From assembly GCA_024276825.1 (NCBI GenBank), contig JAJRWI010000044.1:25823-89822 (forward strand): a stretch of DNA of 64,000 nucleotides, read 5' to 3'. The translations under genes and the position numbers were made by a program. Under the pieces are notes generated by a model that saw only the letters and a program-made list of their open reading frames with translations, searched no databases and had not been told where the DNA came from. Numbering within the stretch: position 1 is the stretch's first letter; every line of letters starts with the position of its first letter. Origin of the DNA: an archaeon. Its GTDB lineage: Archaea > Asgardarchaeota > Thorarchaeia > Thorarchaeales > Thorarchaeaceae. Below, one piece after another: positions 36,260 through 44,878 of this stretch.

Positions 36260-37303
36260 TCAATTCAATCTCTTCACATGTTTCATCTTTGAAAGTAGCA
36301 CTACTCTGCTCTCTACTTGCTCATCAACTAGATAATACCCTGTTAATGATGATATTTTCTCCGAAAATGCACGAATCTCAGAATGAGATGGTGCATTCTC
36401 AGGACACATTCTACCCCTAGATGACCCTAGATACATGTATCCTTTCACCTCTATGAAGTCAGGCTCTCCCTTAAGAATTAACTTCGAATATGACCTTGGG
36501 TAATGCATGTTCCTCTTTGCTACCATTGTCAGTCTGTTCACTGTGCGAGTGGACATCGATTCTAACAACTCTTGAGTCCGATTTAATCTATCCCATGCAT
36601 CAGGATGAACAGGATGACAGAGTTTCTTTAGAGTCTTTTCATCTGGAGCAGCAAGAGTCACATACAATTGCGTGGGTAAGGTCAAATCTGACAGCACCGT
36701 AGGCTGAAGACCATTTGTGACAAGAAATGAGGTCATACCGCGACCATGAACCTCTTCAATCAGATCGCTTAGAAATGGATACAAGGTCGGTTCACCTGCC
36801 AGAGATATTGCAACATGCTTTGGTTTTCGTGCCTCAAGGTATTTTTTCTTAGAAACATTAGCCCCAGCTTCTGGATTATATCCTCCCAGTGATCTAATAT
36901 TTGCCATTAGTGTTGCATCAAGCAGGTCCTTGGCAGGCTCAACACCATCTTGAATCACACTCAGTTGATCCCAGTAAACTCCAACATCTACAGGGGTCAC
37001 TCTCCAACAGAAATCACAGCTCTGACTGCATTTGTCCACCACAGGCGTCATCTGGACACACCTATGGGACTCGATGCCATAGAACCGTTGCTTATAGCAG
37101 TGATCACCAGTCAAAAGACTTCTTCTCTGCCATTGACATGCTTTGAACGCCCCTCTTATCCCTAGGATATGATACCCCTGACTATCAAGGCGTTCTCTGA
37201 GTTTTTCTGGCATATTATCTGTCAAGGTGGTATCAATCTGATTGTCATAATTTAACTTTTCAAGATTATCAAATGTCATTTTTCTGTGCCAATTCATCTG
37301 CAA
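36260..37303 (-). CDS. taw1: 4-demethylwyosine synthase Taw1/TYW1 (radical SAM)
   Basis: K.C.W, CYKQRFYGIESHRCVQMTP, CSQSCDFCWR, AISLAGEPTLY, EVKGYM. Start may be about 24 nt downstream (MTFDN). Confidence 0.95.
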   Translation of the reverse strand: MQMNWHRKMTFDNLEKLNYDNQIDTTLTDNMPEKLRERLDSQGYHILGIRGAFKACQWQRRSLLTGDHCYKQRFYGIESHRCVQMTPVVDKCSQSCDFCWRVTPVDVGVYWDQLSVIQDGVEPAKDLLDATLMANIRSLGGYNPEAGANVSKKKYLEARKPKHVAISLAGEPTLYPFLSDLIEEVHGRGMTSFLVTNGLQPTVLSDLTLPTQLYVTLAAPDEKTLKKLCHPVHPDAWDRLNRTQELLESMSTRTVNRLTMVAKRNMHYPRSYSKLILKGEPDFIEVKGYMYLGSSRGRMCPENAPSHSEIRAFSEKISSLTGYYLVDEQVESRVVLLSKMKHVKRLN

Positions 37304-38531
37304 GTATTTCTTGCTGCGCCCATGAGCCTGTTAGCACCCCTTTCCTTGACAATTCTCCTAGATGTTTCCTACTCTCTTCATCAAGTCTTCCTGGCGGCAT
37401 ATTCTCAAAGGCACTACCGGGTAATGGCATAAACACATGACCATGAACCTTTGCTCCCATGTCTACAAGCTCATAACACAAGTCAATACTTGCCCTCAAA
37501 TCGTCCTCTCTCTCTCCAGGTAAGCCGAAGATAATATCCACATGTGGAATGAATCCACACTCTAATGCCACCTGAACTCCATTGATTCCTTCAGCTACAG
37601 TATGATGTCTGTTTGATATTTCAAGGACTTTATCACTTCCTGACTGGACCCCTATCTGAATGGTCTTATTTGCCACATATTGGCGAAGAATCTCAAGAGC
37701 TTTCTTACTAACAAACTCTGGACGCACCTCAGATGGAAATGCTCCAAAGTATACCTCTTCAAGACCATTTATTCCTGATACTCCTCTGACCAGCCGCTCA
37801 AGCTTGTCTAACTCTACTGATCTCCCGTGGCCACCATAACACAAGGCATTGGGCGATAAGAACCATGTACGCCTGAATCCTCTCTCTCTGACGGCTCTAT
37901 CAACCCAATACAACACATTCTCTATGCTCCTATGACGTACTCTGCCTCCTGTGAGATAAGGTGTACAACAGAACTTGCAGGAGAAGGGACACCCTCTTGT
38001 CACCTCAATGGGCCCCACAACATTCATCTCGATTGCAAAGGGCGGATAATTGTCCAGTTTTATCTGTGAGAGGTCTTTTGGTCTTGGATAATTCTCTCTG
38101 ATATTTGAAACAACACCCTCAATGCCTGCTGGGTCATCACGAGTCACCAACCGATGAACAAGATCTGGAAATGTCCGTTCTCCCTCGCCAATGATTACAT
38201 AATCAAAACCCCAGTTAAGGAGGTCTCTGGGCCTAGCACTCGCATGGGGTCCTCCTCCAACTAATATGAGTTGCTTCCCATATTCTTGCCTAAGAACCGA
38301 TACTTCATGCTGTACACGATGAGTCTGGGTACTCATGACAGAATATGCTACAATACAGACTCCATGCCGAATGCTGTTTGATATGACATCTTGATAATCA
38401 TTGATAGGGGCTTTCACATCAAGATTCGTCAATCTCTCATCAATCTCAATAGCGCCAAGTAAAGCGGCAACGCTATAACGTGATGATGAGTGGGCTCTGA
38501 AGACGAGAGTGTTTTTTGTCAATAATCGCAC
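37269..38531 (-). CDS. B12-binding-domain radical SAM protein (TIGR04013-like)
   Basis: GGGPHAS..GEGE, IEVTRGCPFSCKFC, FPSEVRPE, GVQSGS, HVFMPLPG. Confidence 0.88.
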   Translation of the reverse strand: MRLLTKNTLVFRAHSSSRYSVAALLGAIEIDERLTNLDVKAPINDYQDVISNSIRHGVCIVAYSVMSTQTHRVQHEVSVLRQEYGKQLILVGGGPHASARPRDLLNWGFDYVIIGEGERTFPDLVHRLVTRDDPAGIEGVVSNIRENYPRPKDLSQIKLDNYPPFAIEMNVVGPIEVTRGCPFSCKFCCTPYLTGGRVRHRSIENVLYWVDRAVRERGFRRTWFLSPNALCYGGHGRSVELDKLERLVRGVSGINGLEEVYFGAFPSEVRPEFVSKKALEILRQYVANKTIQIGVQSGSDKVLEISNRHHTVAEGINGVQVALECGFIPHVDIIFGLPGEREDDLRASIDLCYELVDMGAKVHGHVFMPLPGSAFENMPPGRLDEESRKHLGELSRKGVLTGSWAQQEILADELAQKNDI

Positions 38532-38538
38532 GCACTGA

Positions 38539-39165
38539 TTATTTGACTTCTCTCTCTGTCACCCCGTCTTTAGTGACAGTCATGACACGAATGGAACCAC
38601 CCGACTGGATATCTCTTGCAATGCTGGCTCTCACATCACTGATTGCAATCTCCTCTGCCTCCTTGACTGTCAAGTCGGGTCTGTACTTGTTCTCAAGAAC
38701 TCCATAAGCCGTTCTGGTTCCTGATCCAGCAGCTGTGAACTCATCAGGGATCAGGGATCCTCCCATATCTAGGGTATATAAAGCTGGTCCGTCCTCATCC
38801 ACTCCAACAATGACTGTTTGCACGTAGAGTGGCATAAGTCTTCTAGAATAAAGCGTGTTTGCAACAATTTTTGAGAGCGCTTTGACACTAATTCTTCTCT
38901 TCTCATTCAACTCGTAGAGCTTTATCTGTGCCCTTAATCTGTTGACGAGCATCTGATAATCCGAAGTTAGCCCCGCAGAGGCAAGTACGATTGAATCGGT
39001 AAGCTTGAATGCCTTAATCCCCTTTTCAGACAGTATCATTGTGCCCCAACTGATTAACGAGTCTGTGGCAACAACAACACCATCTATACATTTTATTGCA
39101 ACAACTGTGGCTCCTGTAGGTAATGACATAATCAGCCTCTCCGGGTTTTTATCCCTGTCACTCAT
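38539..39165 (-). CDS. psmB: Proteasome beta subunit, probably non-catalytic (Thr1 replaced by Ala)
   Basis: TG/ATVVAI..DGVVVATDS, AGLTSD.Q, AAGSG, RDIQSG. Confidence 0.92.
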   Translation of the reverse strand: MSDRDKNPERLIMSLPTGATVVAIKCIDGVVVATDSLISWGTMILSEKGIKAFKLTDSIVLASAGLTSDYQMLVNRLRAQIKLYELNEKRRISVKALSKIVANTLYSRRLMPLYVQTVIVGVDEDGPALYTLDMGGSLIPDEFTAAGSGTRTAYGVLENKYRPDLTVKEAEEIAISDVRASIARDIQSGGSIRVMTVTKDGVTEREVK

Positions 39166-39301
39166 CTCATTATACTTTTTAAAACGTTTTGAACTGAACG
39201 CATTTTACGAAAATCAACAGGCTGCAAATTTATCCTGTTTGCTAGCCTTTTTCAAGCTATTAATTAAACCAAAACTACAAGATAACACCATTGATTAGAG
39301 A

Positions 39302-40387
39302 GTGACAACATTGCGCAGGCTCAATCCATTTAGAAACATTCCGACCATACTGAGAGCTGAGGAGATTATCGAGTTCGCGCATAACAGGTCCGTTCGTGTT
39401 AGCATGAAGAGTTCACTCCGCTTATCAAAGATTGAACGCACCAGAATCCGTGAGATCACTCGCCTTCAGGAATTCACCAAGAATGTCAAGCTCAAACTAA
39501 AGGCAATAGTAGACGATTTTCCCTCTCTTGACAGAATACATCCATTCTATCTCGAACTGGCTGAGATTTTAATTGGAGTTGACAGACTGAAGCAGGCTCT
39601 TGGCGCTGTACATAATTGTATTCCCCTGATTGATGACATCACAAACAGGCATCTTGAGGCCATGCGCCTGGCTGATGACTTTCGTCAGATAAAGCGAAGC
39701 AGAAGCGCTGCTAAAGGTCGCATCGCATCAATTTTGAGGGCGACAAGTGATAATATTGACTTCATAATTGAGGCAAAGACCAAGCTTGGCAGGCTGCCAG
39801 GAGTTATACCGAATTCTCCCACGATTGTCTGTGCGGGTTTTCCAAATGTCGGAAAATCCACACTTGTGCGTGCGGTTTCAACAGCCGAACCCGAGATAGC
39901 CTACTATCCGTTCACAACACGACAAGTCATTGTTGGTCATTTGACAGTTGGGAACCAGATGGTCCAGATTGTCGACACTCCCGGAATCCTAGATAGGCCT
40001 ATGTCCAAGCGAAATGAGATTGAGCGATCTGCCATCGCGGCCCTCAAGTATTTGGCTAATGTTATAATATTCATAATAGACCCATCAGAGGCCTGCGGCT
40101 GGACTCTTGAAGAGCAGATAAACCTCTACAAGGAAGTTAGGCGAATGTTTGTGCTGAATCCCCTTCTTGTTGTCTTCAACAAGGTTGACATTACTCCCAA
40201 AGATCATATGGAAGCAGCCAGATCCAGAATTCCAGATGCATTTGAGATTGTGGCGATTGATGGGCAAGGCGTAGATGAGTTGCTGCGGCGGGCAGTGGAT
40301 GAAGTGGATTTGGAGCCAATTGAGGAGAGCATTGAAGAATACAAAGCTGGACTATCACAGCGAAAAGTCCAATCCCCTGACGACTAG
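39302..40387 (+). CDS. nog1: Nucleolar GTP-binding protein Nog1 family
   Basis: FP.LD.IHPFY, GFPNVGKS, YPFTT, DTPGILDRP..RNEIE, NKVD. Confidence 0.94.
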   Translation: MTTLRRLNPFRNIPTILRAEEIIEFAHNRSVRVSMKSSLRLSKIERTRIREITRLQEFTKNVKLKLKAIVDDFPSLDRIHPFYLELAEILIGVDRLKQALGAVHNCIPLIDDITNRHLEAMRLADDFRQIKRSRSAAKGRIASILRATSDNIDFIIEAKTKLGRLPGVIPNSPTIVCAGFPNVGKSTLVRAVSTAEPEIAYYPFTTRQVIVGHLTVGNQMVQIVDTPGILDRPMSKRNEIERSAIAALKYLANVIIFIIDPSEACGWTLEEQINLYKEVRRMFVLNPLLVVFNKVDITPKDHMEAARSRIPDAFEIVAIDGQGVDELLRRAVDEVDLEPIEESIEEYKAGLSQRKVQSPDD

Positions 40388-41413
40388 TTCGCCATGGGAT
40401 CCTTCCTTTCCTATCAATGATATGTCTGCTCCAAGTATTTTTTCAGTCACCCATATGTTTGTTTCAAGATGTGATGAAACTCTGGAAATACCTACGCGAC
40501 TATCTCCAGCAGCCAGTGCAAGATAGGGGACAAGCATGTCTCCTGTGTGAGTGTCTACTGCCTTTCCTGCTGCCAACTCATCCAACAATCTCTTGGCAGC
40601 CTCAATGCCAACATCCTCAGCTCTCTTTCCTCTCTCACCAAGAGCATCTGACCCGACGATGGAACCAGTATTAGACTTGGCCCATAATACTATCCCACTG
40701 CCAGGCCCAAGATGCAAGTCCTCATCTCTAGAATAACTCTCCACAGCAATATCTATTCTTGAAGTGATGTTGCCAAGAGTGTTTCTTGCAGCCTTGGCCT
40801 GCCTCTCTGCCACATGACTTGGCAATCTTACACAATGTGAAATTCCCCTAATCCCTGCGATACCACCAAATTCTATCATCTCCATGGGACTAAGCTCTTT
40901 TGTGGGATTGATGCTACAACTGACAATTCCTCCCCCTCTTGGGTAATGGCCCCGTTTCTTTTGGATAATCTGCAACTTGGGGCCCATCTTGCCTATAATG
41001 GGGGCAAACACGTTTTGCATATAATCGATTGGCGGACTCCATGCCACATCAGTACCTCCTCTCAGCTCCAGCTCAATTGGCTCTGATGAGAGCACAGCTG
41101 CGGGAATGACCGCTTGTAGAACAAGTGCAATTGATCCTGCGGTGCCAACATCATATTTGTAGGTGCCCCCTCGCAGCTCAGTGGGACGAAATGTTAGCTC
41201 AGTACTCCCAACACTCAGACCATCAACATCAGCATGTACGATTTTTCCCACTAGTTCTATCCCTGCAATGTGTTGTTTCCTTAAACCTGGTTTGGGTCTA
41301 CCTGCCCTGATGTTGACTATGCGAATTGGTTTCAGTGTCACTGCTGAAAGGGCAATAGAGGTCCTCAGAATCTGGCCTCCTCCCTCTCCATATGATCCAT
41401 CAATCTCTATCAT
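40355..41413 (-). CDS. rtcA: RNA 3'-terminal phosphate cyclase
   Basis: IDGSYGEGGGQILRT, RPKPGL..QH, GGTDV.WSP, RGHYPRGGG, SHLETN. Confidence 0.96.
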   Translation of the reverse strand: MIEIDGSYGEGGGQILRTSIALSAVTLKPIRIVNIRAGRPKPGLRKQHIAGIELVGKIVHADVDGLSVGSTELTFRPTELRGGTYKYDVGTAGSIALVLQAVIPAAVLSSEPIELELRGGTDVAWSPPIDYMQNVFAPIIGKMGPKLQIIQKKRGHYPRGGGIVSCSINPTKELSPMEMIEFGGIAGIRGISHCVRLPSHVAERQAKAARNTLGNITSRIDIAVESYSRDEDLHLGPGSGIVLWAKSNTGSIVGSDALGERGKRAEDVGIEAAKRLLDELAAGKAVDTHTGDMLVPYLALAAGDSRVGISRVSSHLETNIWVTEKILGADISLIGKEGSHGELVVRGLDFSL

Positions 41414-41512
41414 CGTTTAATCACTCGCCACTGCACCGAAGTTTGCTGTTGTATTCGGGCCTTGATAGAGTTGCTTGGTCAACGCTTATTTAGATTATTA
41501 ACCGTGAAATTA

Positions 41513-42046
41513 ATGAGAAAAATGCGGTCTGTCTTTATTGGTCGATTTCAGCCAATACACAAGGGACACATGTCCACAATCAAACAAATTATTGATACTA
41601 GTGAGGACCTCATCATTGCCATAGGCAGCGCTCAGCATTCACACACACCTGATAATCCGTTTTCTGGAGGTGAACGTGTCTTTCTCATCAAGCAAGCACT
41701 CATTGATGAAGGGCTGCCGCTTGAACGTATTGATATTGTACCAGTGCCTGACATTAACATCCATCCTCTGTGGGTGGCTCATCTGAGGTCTCTAGTTCCC
41801 CCCTTTGAGAAGGCCTACTCCCATAATCCTCTTGTCAGACAACTAATGCAAGATGCTGGAGTGATAGTCGGTGAAACCTCTCTCCTTGAGCGCGAGTCCT
41901 ATAGTGGTCATCACATCAGGAAACTCATTCGAAATGATGACCCTGCTTGGGAGTCATTGGTTCCCCCCAACATTGTGAAACTGATCAAGGAGATGCGGCT
42001 GGATGAGAGAATCCGTGCTGTGGGCAATGTCAGGATTAAAAGATGA
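41513..42046 (+). CDS. nadM: Nicotinamide-nucleotide adenylyltransferase
   Basis: FIGRFQPIHKGH, GSAQ.SH..DNPF..GER, W..LVP; ATG 41513 or 41522 likely. Confidence 0.94.
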   Translation: MRKMRSVFIGRFQPIHKGHMSTIKQIIDTSEDLIIAIGSAQHSHTPDNPFSGGERVFLIKQALIDEGLPLERIDIVPVPDINIHPLWVAHLRSLVPPFEKAYSHNPLVRQLMQDAGVIVGETSLLERESYSGHHIRKLIRNDDPAWESLVPPNIVKLIKEMRLDERIRAVGNVRIKR

Positions 42047-42199
42047 CACTCATTAAGGCAGGGTTTAAATATAGTCACAGTTGACAGATTATCGGTGAAC
42101 GCAATGCTAGGTGAGAACGTTCCGAATCCTTAATGAATTGCTACTTTTCTGTCCTAGCCAGTACTATATTCAATTATGCAATCACAGTGAGATGATAGT

Positions 42200-43678
42200 A
42201 TGAGCAGGGAAGACAAGTCGACAGGACAGGTCATATTCAATATAAGTAAGGAAAAGAATTTTCCTGAGTGGTATAGTGAAATCTGCAAGGTGGCAGAACT
42301 TGCCGATATAAGATACGGTGTCAAGGGCTTCACTCCATTCTTACCTTGGAGTGTCATGAGCATGGAGATCATGTATGACATTCTTGAAGAGGTTCTTCAG
42401 AGGAAGGGTCATCTGCCCATGCTATTTCCCACTGTGATACCAGAGAGCAATCTCAAAAAAGAGGCAGATCATGTTGAGGGCTTCACTCCCCAAGTGTTCT
42501 GGATTGAATATATTGGTGAGGGTGAAAAGCTGGAGGAGCGACTGGCACTACGCCCCACAAGTGAAACTGCAATATATCCCATGTATTCGTTGTGGGTGAG
42601 AAGCTGGCGAGACCTCCCACTAAAGAGATATCAACGATGCTCCGTGTTTCGATCTGAGGTGAAGAGCACCCGCCCCTTCCTAAGGGGTCGTGAGTTCCTC
42701 TGGATTGAGAGTCATAATGTGTTCAAGACGCATGAAGAAGCAATAGCTCAGGTCATGGAAGATTTGGAAACCACAAAAGAGGTCATTACTGATAACTATG
42801 GGATTCCTGTGATGGTCTTCAAGAGGACACAATGGGACAAATTCCCTGGCGGTGTGAACACCTATGCTGCAGACACACTTATGCCCGATGGTAAAGTCAT
42901 TCAGCTTCCATCAACTCATGATCTGGGCGACAACTTTGCAAGAGCCTTCAATATAATGTATCTCAATGAGAACAACGAAACTGTGTATGCCTATCAGACA
43001 TGCTATGGTCCTGCAATCTCCAGAATCTATGGAGCACTGATATCAGTCCATGGTGATGATAAGGGTCTCAGACTACCATACAAGATAGCGCCCTATCAAG
43101 TTGTCATTATTCCAATATTCAAGGGCAAAACCGCCGAGCAGGTCTTGGAATATTGTAAGGCAATCCACGACAAGCTGACAAAGGCTGGAATCCGTGTCCA
43201 CCTAGACGACTCCGATGCGACCCCTGGCTGGAAGTTTAATTACTGGGAGATGAAGGGTGTTCCCATTCGTGTTGAGGCTGGCCCTCGTGACATCAAAAAG
43301 AATCAGGCAGTACTGTTCCGTAGGGACACCATGGAACGCGAAACTGTTCAAATTGACAAGCTGAAATCACGGATCACAAAACTCGGGAAGGAGATCGATG
43401 CAAACCTTCGATCAATGGCCGAGGCCAAGTTTGAGGGACTAATTGTGGATGCAGACTCTCTCTCAGCAATCGATGATGCACTCGATAATGGTCGAATTGC
43501 AAGGGTGTCCTTTTGTACTACTGAAATGGAAGGCCTTGAGTGTGCCGAAGTGATTAAGGACAAGACTGGTGGCGAGATTCGCGGAACTCGAATCGATGTT
43601 GAAGAGAAGGCAGAAGGCGTATGCGTGGCCTGTGGAAAGCCTGCAAAAGAAGTGGTCTATATTGCAAGGTCATATTAA
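42200..43678 (+). CDS. proS: Prolyl-tRNA synthetase (archaeal/eukaryotic type)
   Basis: EWY, HVEGF, LRPTSET, RPFLR.REFLW.E.H, PGWKFNYWE.KGVP, C-terminal ARSY. Confidence 0.97.
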   Translation: MSREDKSTGQVIFNISKEKNFPEWYSEICKVAELADIRYGVKGFTPFLPWSVMSMEIMYDILEEVLQRKGHLPMLFPTVIPESNLKKEADHVEGFTPQVFWIEYIGEGEKLEERLALRPTSETAIYPMYSLWVRSWRDLPLKRYQRCSVFRSEVKSTRPFLRGREFLWIESHNVFKTHEEAIAQVMEDLETTKEVITDNYGIPVMVFKRTQWDKFPGGVNTYAADTLMPDGKVIQLPSTHDLGDNFARAFNIMYLNENNETVYAYQTCYGPAISRIYGALISVHGDDKGLRLPYKIAPYQVVIIPIFKGKTAEQVLEYCKAIHDKLTKAGIRVHLDDSDATPGWKFNYWEMKGVPIRVEAGPRDIKKNQAVLFRRDTMERETVQIDKLKSRITKLGKEIDANLRSMAEAKFEGLIVDADSLSAIDDALDNGRIARVSFCTTEMEGLECAEVIKDKTGGEIRGTRIDVEEKAEGVCVACGKPAKEVVYIARSY

Positions 43679-43769
43679 GAATTTGGCAATGTAAGGGGAG
43701 ATTAAAGACACTCCTTGCATTTTCACATAATATATCAATGACAAGTGACTTCTTCAGTCGGGATGCGTC

Positions 43770-44756
43770 TTGAAGGTCTTGATTCCATACAATGCCAACT
43801 GGGTCAGACTTGTCCGTGAGGGCCTTGAGGACTCCGTTGAGGTTGTTCAATCAGATAGGGCTCTTGAGTCTATGTTAAAGATCGGTGGCGATGCTGAGAT
43901 AATAGTGTCTGGAAGAGTCACTGGTGACTTCATTCATGCAGCACACAGACTCAGAATGATTCAGGCATTCGGTGCTGGCGTGGACAAGATTGATCTGGAA
44001 GCGGTCGCTGAACGTGGCGGTGTATTAGTATGCAACTCCCACACTAATGCTGCCGAGGTCGCTGAATATGCCATTGGATTGCTTCTGGCTGCTGCAAAGA
44101 ATATTGTTCTGTCAGATCGAACTATGCGCAACTCCGACTGGACTCATCGCTGGGGAGGTCCAATTCCTAACATTGAACTCAGAGGGAAAAAATGTCTTCT
44201 TCTTGGTCTTGGAAACATCGGACTTGAGATAGCCAAGAGACTCCAGGGATTTGATGTTGAGATCAATGCTATCACAAGGTCTGGAACGACCAAGTACAAA
44301 GGCATTGTGGAGAATGTATCATCCTATCACACAATGAACCCTCTGATAGAGTCCGCAGACTTTATCATTCTCGCTCTGCCGTTGACTCATGAAACAAAGG
44401 GCCTAGTAAATGATGATTTTCTCTCACATATGAAGTCCACCTCAATCATAGTCAATGTGTCAAGGGGGGCCATAATAAATGAGGGTGCATTGTATCGTGC
44501 GCTCAAGAACTATCAGATTGGCGGGGCGGCGATTGATGTCTGGTGGGACTATCCCTCAAGAAATGAGCAGACTCATACTCCTCCATCTAGAAGGTTTCCG
44601 TTTCATGAGCTGGACAATATAATAGTCACACCACATAGAGCTGCCTACTCTAAAACCACTCTATTCGAACAGGTGAACTTCGTGATTGAAAACATCAAAC
44701 GGTTTGTCAGAGGCGAGGTTCCCCACAACATTGTGGATTTGAGTAGGGGATATTAA
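43770..44756 (+). CDS. D-2-hydroxyacid dehydrogenase (NAD-dependent)
   Basis: GAGVD, GLGNIG, LPLT.ET, VNVSRG, GAAIDVW, TPHRA. Confidence 0.93.
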   Translation: MKVLIPYNANWVRLVREGLEDSVEVVQSDRALESMLKIGGDAEIIVSGRVTGDFIHAAHRLRMIQAFGAGVDKIDLEAVAERGGVLVCNSHTNAAEVAEYAIGLLLAAAKNIVLSDRTMRNSDWTHRWGGPIPNIELRGKKCLLLGLGNIGLEIAKRLQGFDVEINAITRSGTTKYKGIVENVSSYHTMNPLIESADFIILALPLTHETKGLVNDDFLSHMKSTSIIVNVSRGAIINEGALYRALKNYQIGGAAIDVWWDYPSRNEQTHTPPSRRFPFHELDNIIVTPHRAAYSKTTLFEQVNFVIENIKRFVRGEVPHNIVDLSRGY

Positions 44757-44878
44757 ATGACACTCACATGATTGCCTTGTGAAAAAGAATGAACATTATT
44801 TTATCACTCAATACTGATGAGAGTCAAGCCTTTAAAGGTGATATTAATCACACAATCAACTGATAATGGACGGTATGA

